A DNA stretch of 62,627 nucleotides, filler included, from Gemmatimonadota bacterium (GTDB lineage: Bacteria; 4572-55; J002): the NCBI GenBank assembly GCA_003697105.1. It is 4 parts of 4 records of this genome, joined end to end, with 100 filler letters (N's around TTAATTAATTAA, not from the genome) between each part and the next. Parts side by side here need not be neighbours in the genome. Positions count along the whole stretch, not along the records: positions 34,194 to 55,324 come from RFFQ01000108.1; 3 more parts are not named here. One strand, written 5' to 3'. A program made the translations under genes and the position numbers. Below, piece by piece: positions 37,101 through 46,691 of this stretch. A model generated the notes under the pieces. That model worked only from the letters and a program-made list of their open reading frames with translations. It did no database searches and had not been told where the DNA came from. How positions within the stretch are numbered: position 1 is the first letter of the stretch; every line of letters begins with the position of its first letter.

Positions 37101-38967
37101 GGCGGAGAAGCGCCTCCAAGTGGCAGTTCAACCGGTGGCAGAACGGGAAGCGGTTCGCCGGGGTAACCTGCGGGTGGATGACTTTACTGCCTCAGTGAGT
37201 TCAGATGGTATTCTAACATTGACCGCCGCAAATGACTGGTTTGGTACCCGTCAAGTAACGGTAACGGCAACGGACGAAGGCGGCGCTTCAATTACGGATA
37301 GTTTTCTGGCGACCGTCACAAATGTGAATGATGCCCCAGTACTGGGAACGTTGCCGGCAGATGTTTCGCTGTTGCTGGAAAATAACCTAAACACCACGGT
37401 TCAGCTTTCCGCCTCTGACCCGGATCGAGAGACGCTGACCTTTAGCGCGGCGGTGGTATCAGGTACATTGGATGACCAACTGGTAAGTGTGAATGGTTCC
37501 ACGTTGACACTGAATCCGTACGCGGTAGGAGATGCGACGGTGGAAGTAACCGTGGAAGACCCACAGGGTAGCCGGGATAGCGGTACCTTTTTAGTCACTG
37601 TGGATTATGTGACGTTGCGAATTGCCAACCGTTACACCACCAGCCACAATGTAGATGAGGGCGTGGTAAATGTCTGTTTCACGGTTTCGGTAGAGGAAGC
37701 AGGCGCGACGCTATACAACGTGGACATCGCCGATAGCCCAATTTCGATGAGTTATGCCGTCAGTAGCTCCGAGACGGTCACCTTAGACGGCTATGCGACA
37801 CTGAGTGTACCGGCTGAATTTACCGGTTCCGCTGATTTGTGCGCCACATTTGATCTGGGAGACAGCCGTCTTCCAGACCCAGCGGTAGTGACTCTCAATG
37901 GGGATTTTACCCTGAGTGCAAGCAACATTGCGCCGGGGAGTGGTCAGTCTTCCTTGCGGATTCACGTGTTGGACAATGGCGCTCAGGAGATTTACGAAGT
38001 ACCCGATTTGAATGGGGATGGCTGTGTGGAAGCCATCGACCTCCAAATTCTGATTTATGCCTACGGTTCGGTACAAGGGGATGTCAATTACAATCCGTTG
38101 GCAGATATAGGGATCACCGGAGTGCCGGGGGCAATTGGTCAGGATGGTCGAGTGGATTTCTACGACTTAGCCCTGTTTGCCGAATATTACGGTACTTGTA
38201 ATGGCCAACCGATTGGGCGTCCGTCAGACCGGCATCTGGATGCGGTGGCTACTCGTGAGACGGCTCAATTGAGCTTAGTTGAGCAGTTGGATTCGGATCA
38301 CTTACGGGTGAAGGTATTGGCGTCTCCGTTGGCAGAAGTGTATGCGCATCATCTTGTTCTGAACTATCCGGCGGATGTGCTGGAAGTGGTTTCGGTAGAA
38401 GCTGGCGATTTTCTGAGTAGCGGCGGGATTGAGACATTCTTCTACCCGTTAGTTGACGCGGAAAACGGCAAACTTACCCTAGATGGTAGCTGTCTGGGTG
38501 CCGTGGACGGGATGACAGGTAGTGGTACGCTGGCGGAAATCGTCTTTGCTATCAAGCAGAGTGGGCATTATACTCTGGATTGGTCATCTGTGACCCTGTT
38601 GAACCGTGATTTTCAGGTGCAGGATGCCATTTCGCTGGCGTCTCTAAGCGGGGATGTGGTCAAAGCGGCACCGGAAATTTCTGTACCGGTCAATTACGCT
38701 TTACACCAGAACTATCCGAACCCATTCAATCCGAAGACGACACTCCGCTTTGATGTGCCGCAGACGGCTCGTGTGAGTTTGTCGATTTATGATGTGAGTG
38801 GGGCATTAGTCCGGACGTTGGTTGATGGTGAAGTCGAAGCCGGCTATCATCAAGTGGTCTGGGATGGTACGGATGCGAGCGGTCAGGCGGTGAAGAGCGG
38901 GGTTTATGTTTACCGTCTGGACGCGGGTTCGTTCTCACAAACCGAGTCGATGGTACTCTTGCGATAA
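34195..38967 (+). CDS. Giant secreted surface protein, 5'-truncated: Calx-beta repeats, cadherin/tandem-95 Ig, dockerin-like, cohesin-like and FlgD-Ig/T9SS-like CTD
   Basis: Repeated EG...FTVTL...DGTA..G.DY...E.DETF.V.L...GTI.NDD; DGSFTY...FFGTDSFTY; DLNGDGCVEAIDL/DGRVDFYDL; YALHQNYPNPFNPKT...VWDGTD..G..VKSGVYVYRL. Confidence 0.88.
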   Translation, partial: YVDLGGAPDRNGCIYAEAQGREVCISDGEGEGTITNDDTAQISINDTTVTEGDSGTTTMTFTVTLNAAVDVPVTVYYETMDSTATAGAVRSPAGGDYNYATGSVTFPANSTTNQTINVTVVGDETVEDDEVFHLWLATEMAERSLRASKGNVTARRGTLRDVDEFAQGRSVTLGDSLGRGVILNDDTIWVTINDDTKDEEDAGDETLDFTVTLSASPPEDVTLWIATANGTSAVGNATANLDYEPIESQQITFPANGGTTQTFNITFMNDIIVELNEWFSVNLTGIQYGGETDYSRAAFQDSVGIGTIVDSDTTTIWIGDRVRPEGNPGDDNYIDFTLRISHPVDEDLTIALTTSDLEALDGIDYEGVTAAELTFPGTGLDADRYQSFNVAIIEDDLVEDNEQFQIDIGNVLFAGQSLGSRLKEERTSARGTIQNQVEDVATVTISGLTQAEGNSDSTAFNLTLRIDREIADSVSVPVLTVDQNSATPGVDYRRVQREYVTFYPQGSDTQTITVYVYGDELVETDEYFDVALGSPALFGGTPTYNIVELDETPARVTITNDDVAQVSISDAEIAEGNNGTTALVFTLTQSATVESDVTVVANTQAGTATPNVDYTPLTDQTVRFTPGNPTQTLTVLLAGDMTVELDETFTVELSDVQIGGQPNANQVSILDGQGVGTILNDDAATVSINSVSGAEASGSLTFTVTLSQAVDVQTRVVANTADGTAEAGTDYTAVTSRNVIFTPGGALSQSVAVPLIDDNVGEDNETFTVTLSDLEASNRSVTISGATGTGTIVNDDAPDAGPEAENDAYTADEDVLLSVAAPGVLSNDSDDNGDVLTAQLVSDVSHGTLTLNDDGSFTYQGDTNFFGTDSFTYQAFDGTHLSATATVTLTVTAVNDVPEWAMTLSDTTFEEDSSISFDLKPYVTDVESDVGDFSWSVIASVASRTGGGGVVELSAAKSGGSAHQKVEVMAEKRLQVAVQPVAEREAVRRGNLRVDDFTASVSSDGILTLTAANDWFGTRQVTVTATDEGGASITDSFLATVTNVNDAPVLGTLPADVSLLLENNLNTTVQLSASDPDRETLTFSAAVVSGTLDDQLVSVNGSTLTLNPYAVGDATVEVTVEDPQGSRDSGTFLVTVDYVTLRIANRYTTSHNVDEGVVNVCFTVSVEEAGATLYNVDIADSPISMSYAVSSSETVTLDGYATLSVPAEFTGSADLCATFDLGDSRLPDPAVVTLNGDFTLSASNIAPGSGQSSLRIHVLDNGAQEIYEVPDLNGDGCVEAIDLQILIYAYGSVQGDVNYNPLADIGITGVPGAIGQDGRVDFYDLALFAEYYGTCNGQPIGRPSDRHLDAVATRETAQLSLVEQLDSDHLRVKVLASPLAEVYAHHLVLNYPADVLEVVSVEAGDFLSSGGIETFFYPLVDAENGKLTLDGSCLGAVDGMTGSGTLAEIVFAIKQSGHYTLDWSSVTLLNRDFQVQDAISLASLSGDVVKAAPEISVPVNYALHQNYPNPFNPKTTLRFDVPQTARVSLSIYDVSGALVRTLVDGEVEAGYHQVVWDGTDASGQAVKSGVYVYRLDAGSFSQTESMVLLR

Positions 38968-38995
38968 TCCACCACACGTACTGTTGTGGGATATG

Positions 38996-39034
38996 AAAAA
39001 AACGCCGGGTCGCTTAACAGCGGCTCGGCGTTTT
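38996..39034 (+). terminator. Intrinsic terminator of the Calx-beta gene
   Basis: AAAACGCCGGGTCGCT-taac-AGCGGCTCGGCGTTTT. Confidence 0.7.
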
Positions 39035-39047
39035 AGTTTGGGAGGGG

Positions 39048-39093
39048 AAAAAATAAAAGCGCCTTGATTCCGGTTGAGGGATCAAGGCGCTTT
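39048..39093 (-). terminator. Intrinsic terminator of acnA
   Basis: AAAGCGCCTTGATTCC-loop-GGGATCAAGGCGCTTT with an adjacent A-run (T-run on the minus strand). Confidence 0.7.
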
Positions 39094-39115
39094 CGGTTAT
39101 GCCGGTATTTTTGGT

Positions 39116-41803
39116 CTATTCGGCAAGCATCTCTCGCAAAACGGTCTGCAAAATACCACCATTACGGTAATATTTGATCTCCATCTCGCTGTTGAGTAAT
39201 ACTTTTGCCTTGAATGCCACAGTTGAGCCATCGTCCCGCGTTGCCGTAATCTCAAGCACTTCTTGGGGTTTCAAATTATCATGGATGGGGATGTGGTATG
39301 TTTCTTTACCGGTCAGACCGATCGATTCGGCATTGCCCTCGACAAATTGGAACGGTAAAACCCCCATACCAACTAAATTGCTCCGATGAATTCTCTCATA
39401 ACTTTCGGCAAAAACAGCCTTTACGCCCAACAAGACCGTACCTTTTGCCGCCCAATCGCGGGAACTTCCCATCCCGTAATCTTTCCCGCCTAACACGATC
39501 AAAGGCACATTTTCGGCTTTATACTTCATGGCGGCATCATACACCCACATTTGCTCACCACTCGGTAGGTGTACGGTAATTCCGCCTTCCGTACCCGGGG
39601 CTAATTTGTTCCGGATGCGTATATTCGCAAATGTTCCGCGTACCATCACCCGGTCATTGCCGCGTCGTGACCCAAAGGAGTTAAAGTCTTTTCGCTCTAC
39701 GCCGTTTTCGCGCAAATAATCGGCGGCGGGTCCTTCGGGAATCGCTCCAGCGGGGGAGATATGATCGGTCGTGACCGAATCACCCAACATCATGAGTACT
39801 CGTGCGTTTTCAATCGGGCGAATAGGGGGTATCTCTGGGGTCAATTCGGTGAAGAAGGGTGGCTCTTGAATATAAGTGGAATCTGCCCGCCAGTTGTATA
39901 GTTCGCTTGTTTCCATCGGGATTTTGTTCCATTCAGGGTTGAATTCGTCGAGGTTGCGGTACATCTTTTTGAACGTGTCGGGATTGGTGGCATTTTCCAG
40001 AAATTGATCGATTTCGGCGGTAGTGGGCCAAATGTCTTTCAGATAGACCGCTTCGCCGGCGTCATTGGTGCCGATGGGGTCCTTCATGAGGTCAATATCG
40101 ACAGTACCTGCGAGGGCATACGCCACAACCAATGGGGGGGAGGCGAGGAAGTTTGCCCGGGTTAACGGATTGACGCGACCTTCAAAATTGCGATTACCGC
40201 TCAGTACGGCGGCGGCAACAATATCGTTCTCCTGAATGGCATTGGCGACGGCTTCTGGTAACGGGCCACTGTTACCGATACAGGTGGTGCAGCCATAACC
40301 GACGGTGTGGAATCCCAGTTGGTTTAAGTAATCTGTCAAACCAGATTCGTTGAGATATTCGGTGACCACCCGCGAGCCGGGGGCAAGGCTGGTTTTGACA
40401 TAGGGCGGCACTTTTAAGCCTTTTTCCACTGCTTTTTTCGCCAAAATACCCGCCCCTAACATCACGGATGGATTGCTTGTGTTGGTGCAACTGGTGATGG
40501 CGGCAATTACGACCGAGCCATGGGTCATCGTAGCTTCACCTTGGCCATTCATTTGGACGCTGGTGGTTTTATGCACCTCTTCCGCCGGAATGTTGAATCC
40601 TTGATGTCCGGCGGGAGCGGTCAAAAATTGCTGGAAACGGCTTTTCAGATCGACCACCCGGATACGGTCTTGCGGGCGCTTGGGCCCTGCGACGCTGGGT
40701 TCCACATCACTTAAATCGAGTTCGAGGGTATCCGTGTATTCGGGATCCGGGGTTTCGTCGGTGCGGAATAAACCTTGTGCTTTGGTGTACTGTTCAACGA
40801 GCTGTACCTGTTCTTCGGAGCGACCGGTACGGCGCATATATTCTAACGAACCGGCATCCATCGGGAAGAAGCCCATGGTGGCGCCGTATTCTGGTGCCAT
40901 GTTGGCAACGGTTGCCCGGTCGGTTAAAGTGATGTGGCTCAAACCCGGTCCATAAAATTCAACAAATTTGCCGACGACACCTTTTTCGCGCAACATCTGG
41001 GTCACTACCAAGACCAAATCAGTTGCGGTCGCGCCTTCCGGCAGTTGGCCCGTCAGCTTGAAGCCGATGACCTCCGGCATCAACATGTAAATCGGTTGTC
41101 CGAGCATGACGGCTTCGGCTTCGATCCCGCCGACGCCCCAACCGACAATCCCCAATCCGTTGATCATGGTGGTGTGAGAGTCTGTTCCGACCAGACTATC
41201 TGGATAGGCAACACCTTTTTCCAGAAAAACGCCGCGGGCAAAGTATTCCAAATTAACCTGATGGACAATCCCGACGCCCGGGGGAACCACGGTGAATTTT
41301 TCAAAGGCGTTTTGACCCCATTTGAGGAACTCATACCGTTCCCGGTTGCGCTCAAACTCAATTTGCATATTGTAGAAAAGGGCATCTGGTTGGGCAAATC
41401 GATCCACTTGAACGGAGTGATCGACCACCAGTTCTGAGGGAATACGCGGTTCTATTTTTTTAGGATCGCCCCCTAACCGTTGCATGGCGGATCGCATGGC
41501 GGCGAGGTCCACTAGCGCTGGAACGCCGGTAAAATCCTGTAGGACCACCCGTGCCGGCATAAACGGGATTTCTGCATTGGCGACTGCTTTGGCGTTCCAA
41601 GTTGCCAAGCGAGCCACATCATCTTCTGTTATCATCTGGTTGTCACAATGGCGCAGGACAGATTCCAACAGGACTTTGATGCTCATGGGTAAGCTGGAAA
41701 TGTGCCCTACACCTTCTTTTTCCAATTGGGATAGCCGGTATAGTTCTGCCGTACCATTACCGGTCTCAAATTGCGTTCGTGAGCCGAATGGGTTATAACT
41801 CAT
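39116..41803 (-). CDS. acnA: Aconitate hydratase A
   Basis: [62 protein letters not shown] motifs. Confidence 0.97.
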   Translation of the reverse strand: MSYNPFGSRTQFETGNGTAELYRLSQLEKEGVGHISSLPMSIKVLLESVLRHCDNQMITEDDVARLATWNAKAVANAEIPFMPARVVLQDFTGVPALVDLAAMRSAMQRLGGDPKKIEPRIPSELVVDHSVQVDRFAQPDALFYNMQIEFERNRERYEFLKWGQNAFEKFTVVPPGVGIVHQVNLEYFARGVFLEKGVAYPDSLVGTDSHTTMINGLGIVGWGVGGIEAEAVMLGQPIYMLMPEVIGFKLTGQLPEGATATDLVLVVTQMLREKGVVGKFVEFYGPGLSHITLTDRATVANMAPEYGATMGFFPMDAGSLEYMRRTGRSEEQVQLVEQYTKAQGLFRTDETPDPEYTDTLELDLSDVEPSVAGPKRPQDRIRVVDLKSRFQQFLTAPAGHQGFNIPAEEVHKTTSVQMNGQGEATMTHGSVVIAAITSCTNTSNPSVMLGAGILAKKAVEKGLKVPPYVKTSLAPGSRVVTEYLNESGLTDYLNQLGFHTVGYGCTTCIGNSGPLPEAVANAIQENDIVAAAVLSGNRNFEGRVNPLTRANFLASPPLVVAYALAGTVDIDLMKDPIGTNDAGEAVYLKDIWPTTAEIDQFLENATNPDTFKKMYRNLDEFNPEWNKIPMETSELYNWRADSTYIQEPPFFTELTPEIPPIRPIENARVLMMLGDSVTTDHISPAGAIPEGPAADYLRENGVERKDFNSFGSRRGNDRVMVRGTFANIRIRNKLAPGTEGGITVHLPSGEQMWVYDAAMKYKAENVPLIVLGGKDYGMGSSRDWAAKGTVLLGVKAVFAESYERIHRSNLVGMGVLPFQFVEGNAESIGLTGKETYHIPIHDNLKPQEVLEITATRDDGSTVAFKAKVLLNSEMEIKYYRNGGILQTVLREMLAE

Positions 41804-41842
41804 CAGCCGGTCTCCTTATGTGAGATGAAGTTTATCAAATTT

Positions 41843-41875
41843 AAAAGACCCTCCCCACCATGTGGGGAAGGTCTT
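41843..41875 (-). terminator. Terminator-like hairpin after the CBM48 gene
   Basis: AAGACC-CTCCCCAC-cat-GTGGGGAA-GGTCTT imperfect stem. Confidence 0.5.
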
Positions 41876-41902
41876 CCGACTTAAAATGACATTTGGTTGA
41901 AT

Positions 41903-42205
41903 TTAGACATCATACGTTCTGACAACACAATTTTCGCCACCATGCTCGTTAGGAGTGGTTCCATCCGGTTTCGGATCGTTGAACCAATTGCCATCTTGAT
42001 CCACATAGCGGTATTCATATTCGGCATCTTTATCGAGGGTGATTGTTTTGCTGAACCCGCCACTTTTTAGGGCTTTCATTGGGTTTGCACTTGGATCCCA
42101 CTCATTGAATGTTCCCACGACCGATACGCTGGTGGCGTTGGTATCTTCGGGAGATAGCTTAAACGTGACTTTGCACTTGGTTTTTAAAAATTGCTTCTTT
42201 AACAT
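41903..42205 (-). CDS. Isoamylase early-set / CBM48 glycogen-binding domain protein
   Basis: CKVTFKL...VSVVGTFNEW...PMK...YEYRY...WFND; start reassigned to MLKKQF. Confidence 0.85.
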   Translation of the reverse strand: MLKKQFLKTKCKVTFKLSPEDTNATSVSVVGTFNEWDPSANPMKALKSGGFSKTITLDKDAEYEYRYVDQDGNWFNDPKPDGTTPNEHGGENCVVRTYDV

Positions 42206-42306
42206 AAAAACTCCTCTAATAAACTTAAAGTTAAAAATGTTCCGGTTTCGTGGACGACACACGAAATCGGACAAATGGAATTGAGATTGTACAATCTTGG
42301 AACGGG

Positions 42307-43218
42307 TTATCCGTCTTGATGAATTTGGTCGATAATCTCCTCAATGGCTTCATCTGCTTTATCGATAGGGATTTGGGCGGTGCCGGAACCGCGATGCCCG
42401 CCGCCGCCGTAGCGGGACATTAATTCTCCCACATCGGTATTGGAAGTACGGTTGAAAATACTGTGTCCGATGGCAACCACGATGAATTCACCTGCTTTAC
42501 CATCAAAAATGCGCATGGAAATATTCGCTTCAGGGAAGAGGGTGTAGATCAAAAAGCGGTTACCGGTCGCTAAATCACGCACCCCGCGAAGGTCTGTGAT
42601 AATCAGATTTTTTTCTTGGCGAGAATATGCTCTTAACTGCTCTTCAAACGCTTTGGTGTGCTCAAAATACCGTTCAACCCGGGCTTTGATGTCTGGCATT
42701 TCCAAAATTTCATCGGCGTTGTGCTCCCGGATGAGATCGATCAGGTTATGCATTAGTTGGCGGTTGCTAATATCATAATCGTGAAATTTGCCTAAGCCGG
42801 TGCGGGGGTCCATGATGTAGGAAAGTAAAATCCATCCGGTAGGGTGAGTTACTTCTTCTACGGTTAACTGCGCCGCATCAGAGCGATCCACCGCCTCAAT
42901 CAGCTCGGCATATTTATCAAACTTGTCACTTTTGTAATAGTCGTAAACCACACGGGCCGCACTGGGTGCAATGGCATAGTTACCCTTAAATTGAGCGCCG
43001 GTCTCTAACCGGTCGGCTTCACTGGAGTGGTGGTCGAACCACATCCCGCAACCGGGGACGTAGGGTAAATTGGTCAAAATGTCATTTGCTGTGATTTCCA
43101 ATTTGCCATCTTGCACATCTTTGGGGTGCGCAAATTCAATTGATTCAATGTCTTCTACTTCTTTAAGCAATACCGCACACACCAAACCATCAAAGTCTGA
43201 ACGAGTAATGAGACGCAT
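42307..43218 (-). CDS. DHH-family phosphoesterase (exopolyphosphatase/nanoRNase-like)
   Basis: RLITRSDFDG, FDHHSSE, GGGGHRGSG motifs. Confidence 0.88.
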   Translation of the reverse strand: MRLITRSDFDGLVCAVLLKEVEDIESIEFAHPKDVQDGKLEITANDILTNLPYVPGCGMWFDHHSSEADRLETGAQFKGNYAIAPSAARVVYDYYKSDKFDKYAELIEAVDRSDAAQLTVEEVTHPTGWILLSYIMDPRTGLGKFHDYDISNRQLMHNLIDLIREHNADEILEMPDIKARVERYFEHTKAFEEQLRAYSRQEKNLIITDLRGVRDLATGNRFLIYTLFPEANISMRIFDGKAGEFIVVAIGHSIFNRTSNTDVGELMSRYGGGGHRGSGTAQIPIDKADEAIEEIIDQIHQDG

Positions 43219-43393
43219 TCTCTTTTCTCCTTGCCCTGAAGGGTGAATAAAACGGTAACCGCTTGCCACTGTTGGGGTAAATTGCCCGTGGCTCGTGGTG
43301 TATTGGGCTGAAATTCGCTGTGAGTATATACAATATTTCACAGTTTGTCAAATGGATTTTCACATTTTTTACTTACTTGGGTCAATTCTCCTC

Positions 43394-43441
43394 TTGACAG
43401 GAGAATGGCGGGTGATTATATATCCGACCGACCAGTCGGTC
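43394..43441 (+). promoter_or_regulatory. Sigma70 promoter with palindromic TetR-type operator
   Basis: TTGACA (43394-43399)-N17-TATATA, followed by GACCGAC-CA-GTCGGTC (43426-43441). Confidence 0.7.
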
Positions 43442-43489
43442 AGTTTATTTGTAAGCGGTATTGCATTCTTAGCAGGAGTTGTGAAAGAC

Positions 43490-44119
43490 ATGGCAGAACT
43501 TTCTTCAAAAGAACAGAAGCGACTACATATTATCCGCACGGCGATGGCGTTATTTGCCCAAAATGGTATTCACAAAACCAAAGTCTCGGAAATTGCGAAA
43601 ATGGCGGGAATTGGCAAGGGAACGGTTTATGAATACTTCCGCAGTAAGGATGGTATTTTTTGGAACGCCGTTTCCCAGTGGCTTCATGAGTTTGATCGGG
43701 TCATTACAGAACGCATGTCGGGCACCGATGACCCTGAAGAACAACTGGCACTGCTTATCAGAACCGTGTTTGACTTCTACCAATCTACATTTGAGGGGCT
43801 TAATATTACCCTTGAATCTTGGCTAGAAATGGCACGATTGCATCACCAACTCAAATCCGGAAAAGGGGAATTACCCGAAGGGATACCGGATTTAAAATGT
43901 CATTTTAAGGAATACCGGCAACGCGTGAAGGATTTGCTCACAGCGGGCATCGAACAAGGTAAATTCCGGCCCATGAATGTTGAACTCACCGCGGCGCTTA
44001 TCTTTGCCATGTTTGATGGTTTTGAATTACACTATATCACCCAACGCTCTGATTTTGAAGATGTTACACAAGTCAGTACTGTTTTTGTTCAGATGATCCT
44101 CGACGGTATTCGGGCGTAA
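43490..44119 (+). CDS. TetR/AcrR family transcriptional regulator
   Basis: IIRTAMALFAQNG...VSEIAKMAGIGKGTVYEYFRSK HTH. Confidence 0.92.
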   Translation: MAELSSKEQKRLHIIRTAMALFAQNGIHKTKVSEIAKMAGIGKGTVYEYFRSKDGIFWNAVSQWLHEFDRVITERMSGTDDPEEQLALLIRTVFDFYQSTFEGLNITLESWLEMARLHHQLKSGKGELPEGIPDLKCHFKEYRQRVKDLLTAGIEQGKFRPMNVELTAALIFAMFDGFELHYITQRSDFEDVTQVSTVFVQMILDGIRA

Positions 44120-44152
44120 TCCAACGAATCATTTGTGCAGGAGGTTATAATA

Positions 44153-45469
44153 TTGAAACCGATCTCACTTTTTTATGTAATCCTATTCACTGCGCTGGTT
44201 GCCTTTTCTCCGGTACAAGCGCAACAAACATTGTCGCTGAATGAGGCGGTGCAGATCGCATTGGAACACAACCAAGCGATTCGCATTTCCCAAGAAGATT
44301 ATCGAAAAGCAGAAGCCCAAATTACGGAGTCTCGGGCGGGTACATTCCCGTTTTTGACGATGAATGGCACGTTTTCGTATGACATCAAACAACCCTTGAA
44401 TGGTTTTCCGGTGGGAGATTCCGTGTTTGCTTTTGGCAGTGGCGAAAAAGATAATTACGTGTTGAATGCAACATTAGTACAAAAACTATTTGATCCTTCT
44501 GTTTTTATTGCTCCCCAAGCCGCTAAAATTTTTGCCAAACTCTCCGGGGAAAATGTCAATGTCGTCCGGCAACAAACCATTTGGCAGACAAAAACGGCAT
44601 ATTTCGGGGTTTTATTAGCAGAAGCGTTTGCCGAAGTAAAGCAACAGGAATTGGAGCAAATTCAAGCGACGTTAGAACGTATTAAAATGTACCGGGAAAC
44701 GGGGCGGGCGGCTGATTTTGATGTTTTGAGAGCGCAAGTGGAAGTGGCAAATGTACGCCCTCAATTGATTCAGGCTCAAAATGGGGTGGAACTTGCTAAA
44801 GCCCAATTGCGCAATGTGCTCAACCTGCCTCCAGACCGGGATATTTCGCTCTCTGATACGTTAGCGTTTATTGAGATGAACTTGACCTTTGATGCCGCTC
44901 TGGCAATGGCAAAAGCCCATCGCCCGGATTTGAAGGCGTTGCAGTACCAAATTGAAGGGTATCATAAGTACCTCCGATCACAGCAGTATGACCGGATTCC
45001 CACCTTGACCGGTATGTTGCAATATCAAGCCGTTTACGATCATTATCAACTGGATGGTGACGATTGGAATCCCACTTTACAAGGCATTATTTCGGTAGAT
45101 TTCCCCTATGTGCCCTTTTTAGATGGCGGCTTGTCGCGGGGACGGATTAATCAGGCAAAAGCCAACTATCGTAAAGCGCAATTGCAGTACGAACAAGCGC
45201 TCAATGGGGTGATACTTGAAGTCAAACAAGCCGTGCTAAACCTCAATGAGGCGGCTCAACGGGTGGAAGCCTCCCAATTAAATATTGAACGGGCACAAGA
45301 AGCCCTTAAAATCTCAGAATTGCGGTATGCCAATGGCTTGGTTACCCAACTGGAAGTCCGGGATGCCCGGCTTGCCCTTACCGCTGCCCGAACCAACTAT
45401 ATTCAGGCGCTCCACGACCATAACGTGGCGCGTGTCACTCTGGAAAAAGTGATTGGAATGATTGATTAA
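44153..45469 (+). CDS. TolC-family outer-membrane efflux protein
   Basis: Signal peptide; LSLNEAVQIALEHN, FDVLRAQV, RYANGLVTQLEV motifs; TTG start after AGGAGG. Confidence 0.9.
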   Translation: MKPISLFYVILFTALVAFSPVQAQQTLSLNEAVQIALEHNQAIRISQEDYRKAEAQITESRAGTFPFLTMNGTFSYDIKQPLNGFPVGDSVFAFGSGEKDNYVLNATLVQKLFDPSVFIAPQAAKIFAKLSGENVNVVRQQTIWQTKTAYFGVLLAEAFAEVKQQELEQIQATLERIKMYRETGRAADFDVLRAQVEVANVRPQLIQAQNGVELAKAQLRNVLNLPPDRDISLSDTLAFIEMNLTFDAALAMAKAHRPDLKALQYQIEGYHKYLRSQQYDRIPTLTGMLQYQAVYDHYQLDGDDWNPTLQGIISVDFPYVPFLDGGLSRGRINQAKANYRKAQLQYEQALNGVILEVKQAVLNLNEAAQRVEASQLNIERAQEALKISELRYANGLVTQLEVRDARLALTAARTNYIQALHDHNVARVTLEKVIGMID

Positions 45470-45507
45470 GTCCTACTCGCCATGATGATGATTAAGGAGG
45501 ATGGTAC

Positions 45508-46584
45508 ATGAATATTTTCAAATCGAGTCTTATTTTAATCGCCCTCAGTTGTTTATCCCTGATTTTGGGAAGTTGCGATAAACCGAGCAATGCCCAAGAG
45601 CAAGGTAATGAGGCGGCCGATTCCCAACAAAACGGGCGGCGATTGACCAACGTCAAAGTGATCACTGTGGAAGCGAAGCCATTTACTAACTATATGAATT
45701 TTGTCGGAACCGTTAAGCCCAACAAGAGTGTGACCGTCAGTGCGGAAGAAGGGGGTCGTTTGTTAAAGCTCTATGTGGATAAAGGAGACCGGGTACGTGC
45801 CGGCGATACCTTAGCCCAAATTGAAGATGATATTCTGAAAGCAACTTATAACCTGAACCGGGCGCAATACGATCTGGCAATGGTCAACTACAACAGTGCC
45901 AAGCAGTTGTATGAGAATAACGGGGGCATCTCGGAAACGGAATACGTAACGGCTAAATTCAACGCGGAGATGGCAGAAGCCCAAAAAGATATTGCCAAAA
46001 AACGGCTGGAAAATACGACGATTCTCAGCCCGATGGCAGGTGTTATTACCCAGACGTTTGTAGAAGAAGGGGAATTGGTCGGTCCCGGTACCCCCATTGT
46101 CTCCTTGATGGATGTCTCCACGGTGAAAATTGAAGTGGGTATCCCCGAAACGGAAATCTTGTTCTTTAAAACCGGAACTTCTGCCACCATCACATTTGAT
46201 GCCATTCCCGGTGAAACCTTTACCGGAACGATTCGCTACATTAGCCCTACAGTTGACCCGAGAAACCGGACTTTTGAGGCGGAAGTTGTGGTCAAAAATC
46301 CGGGCAACCTGATTAAAGCAGAAATGGTGGCAAAACTCCGCATGGTTAAAAAGGTCTATGAAACCGCCGTGACCATCCCGCAAGATGCCCTGATCGAAAC
46401 TGAAACGGGTAAAGCCGTTTATATTCTGGAAAATGGAAATATTGCCCGGTTTCGCAACGTGGAAACCGGTCCCACCCATAACGGTGATATTATGATTCGG
46501 GAGGGTCTTCGTGCTGGTGAAAAACTGATTGTCGTCGGGCAACGGAGTGTGGCGGATGGGGAACCCGTCCGGGTTTTGGATTAA
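45508..46584 (+). CDS. RND efflux periplasmic adaptor (MFP), lipoprotein
   Basis: Lipobox LGSC; VDKGDRVRAG, ILSPMAG, TIPQDAL, GLRAGEKL motifs. Confidence 0.9.
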   Translation: MNIFKSSLILIALSCLSLILGSCDKPSNAQEQGNEAADSQQNGRRLTNVKVITVEAKPFTNYMNFVGTVKPNKSVTVSAEEGGRLLKLYVDKGDRVRAGDTLAQIEDDILKATYNLNRAQYDLAMVNYNSAKQLYENNGGISETEYVTAKFNAEMAEAQKDIAKKRLENTTILSPMAGVITQTFVEEGELVGPGTPIVSLMDVSTVKIEVGIPETEILFFKTGTSATITFDAIPGETFTGTIRYISPTVDPRNRTFEAEVVVKNPGNLIKAEMVAKLRMVKKVYETAVTIPQDALIETETGKAVYILENGNIARFRNVETGPTHNGDIMIREGLRAGEKLIVVGQRSVADGEPVRVLD

Positions 46585-46691
46585 CGGGTTAACGGTATCC
46601 ATATTGGTCCCCGAGACCGGTCGTAGGGCTTATTGGGGGTCATTTTTCTCTTTCGTCTTCTGAAATTGACTAGGGGAGATTTTATCGAATC

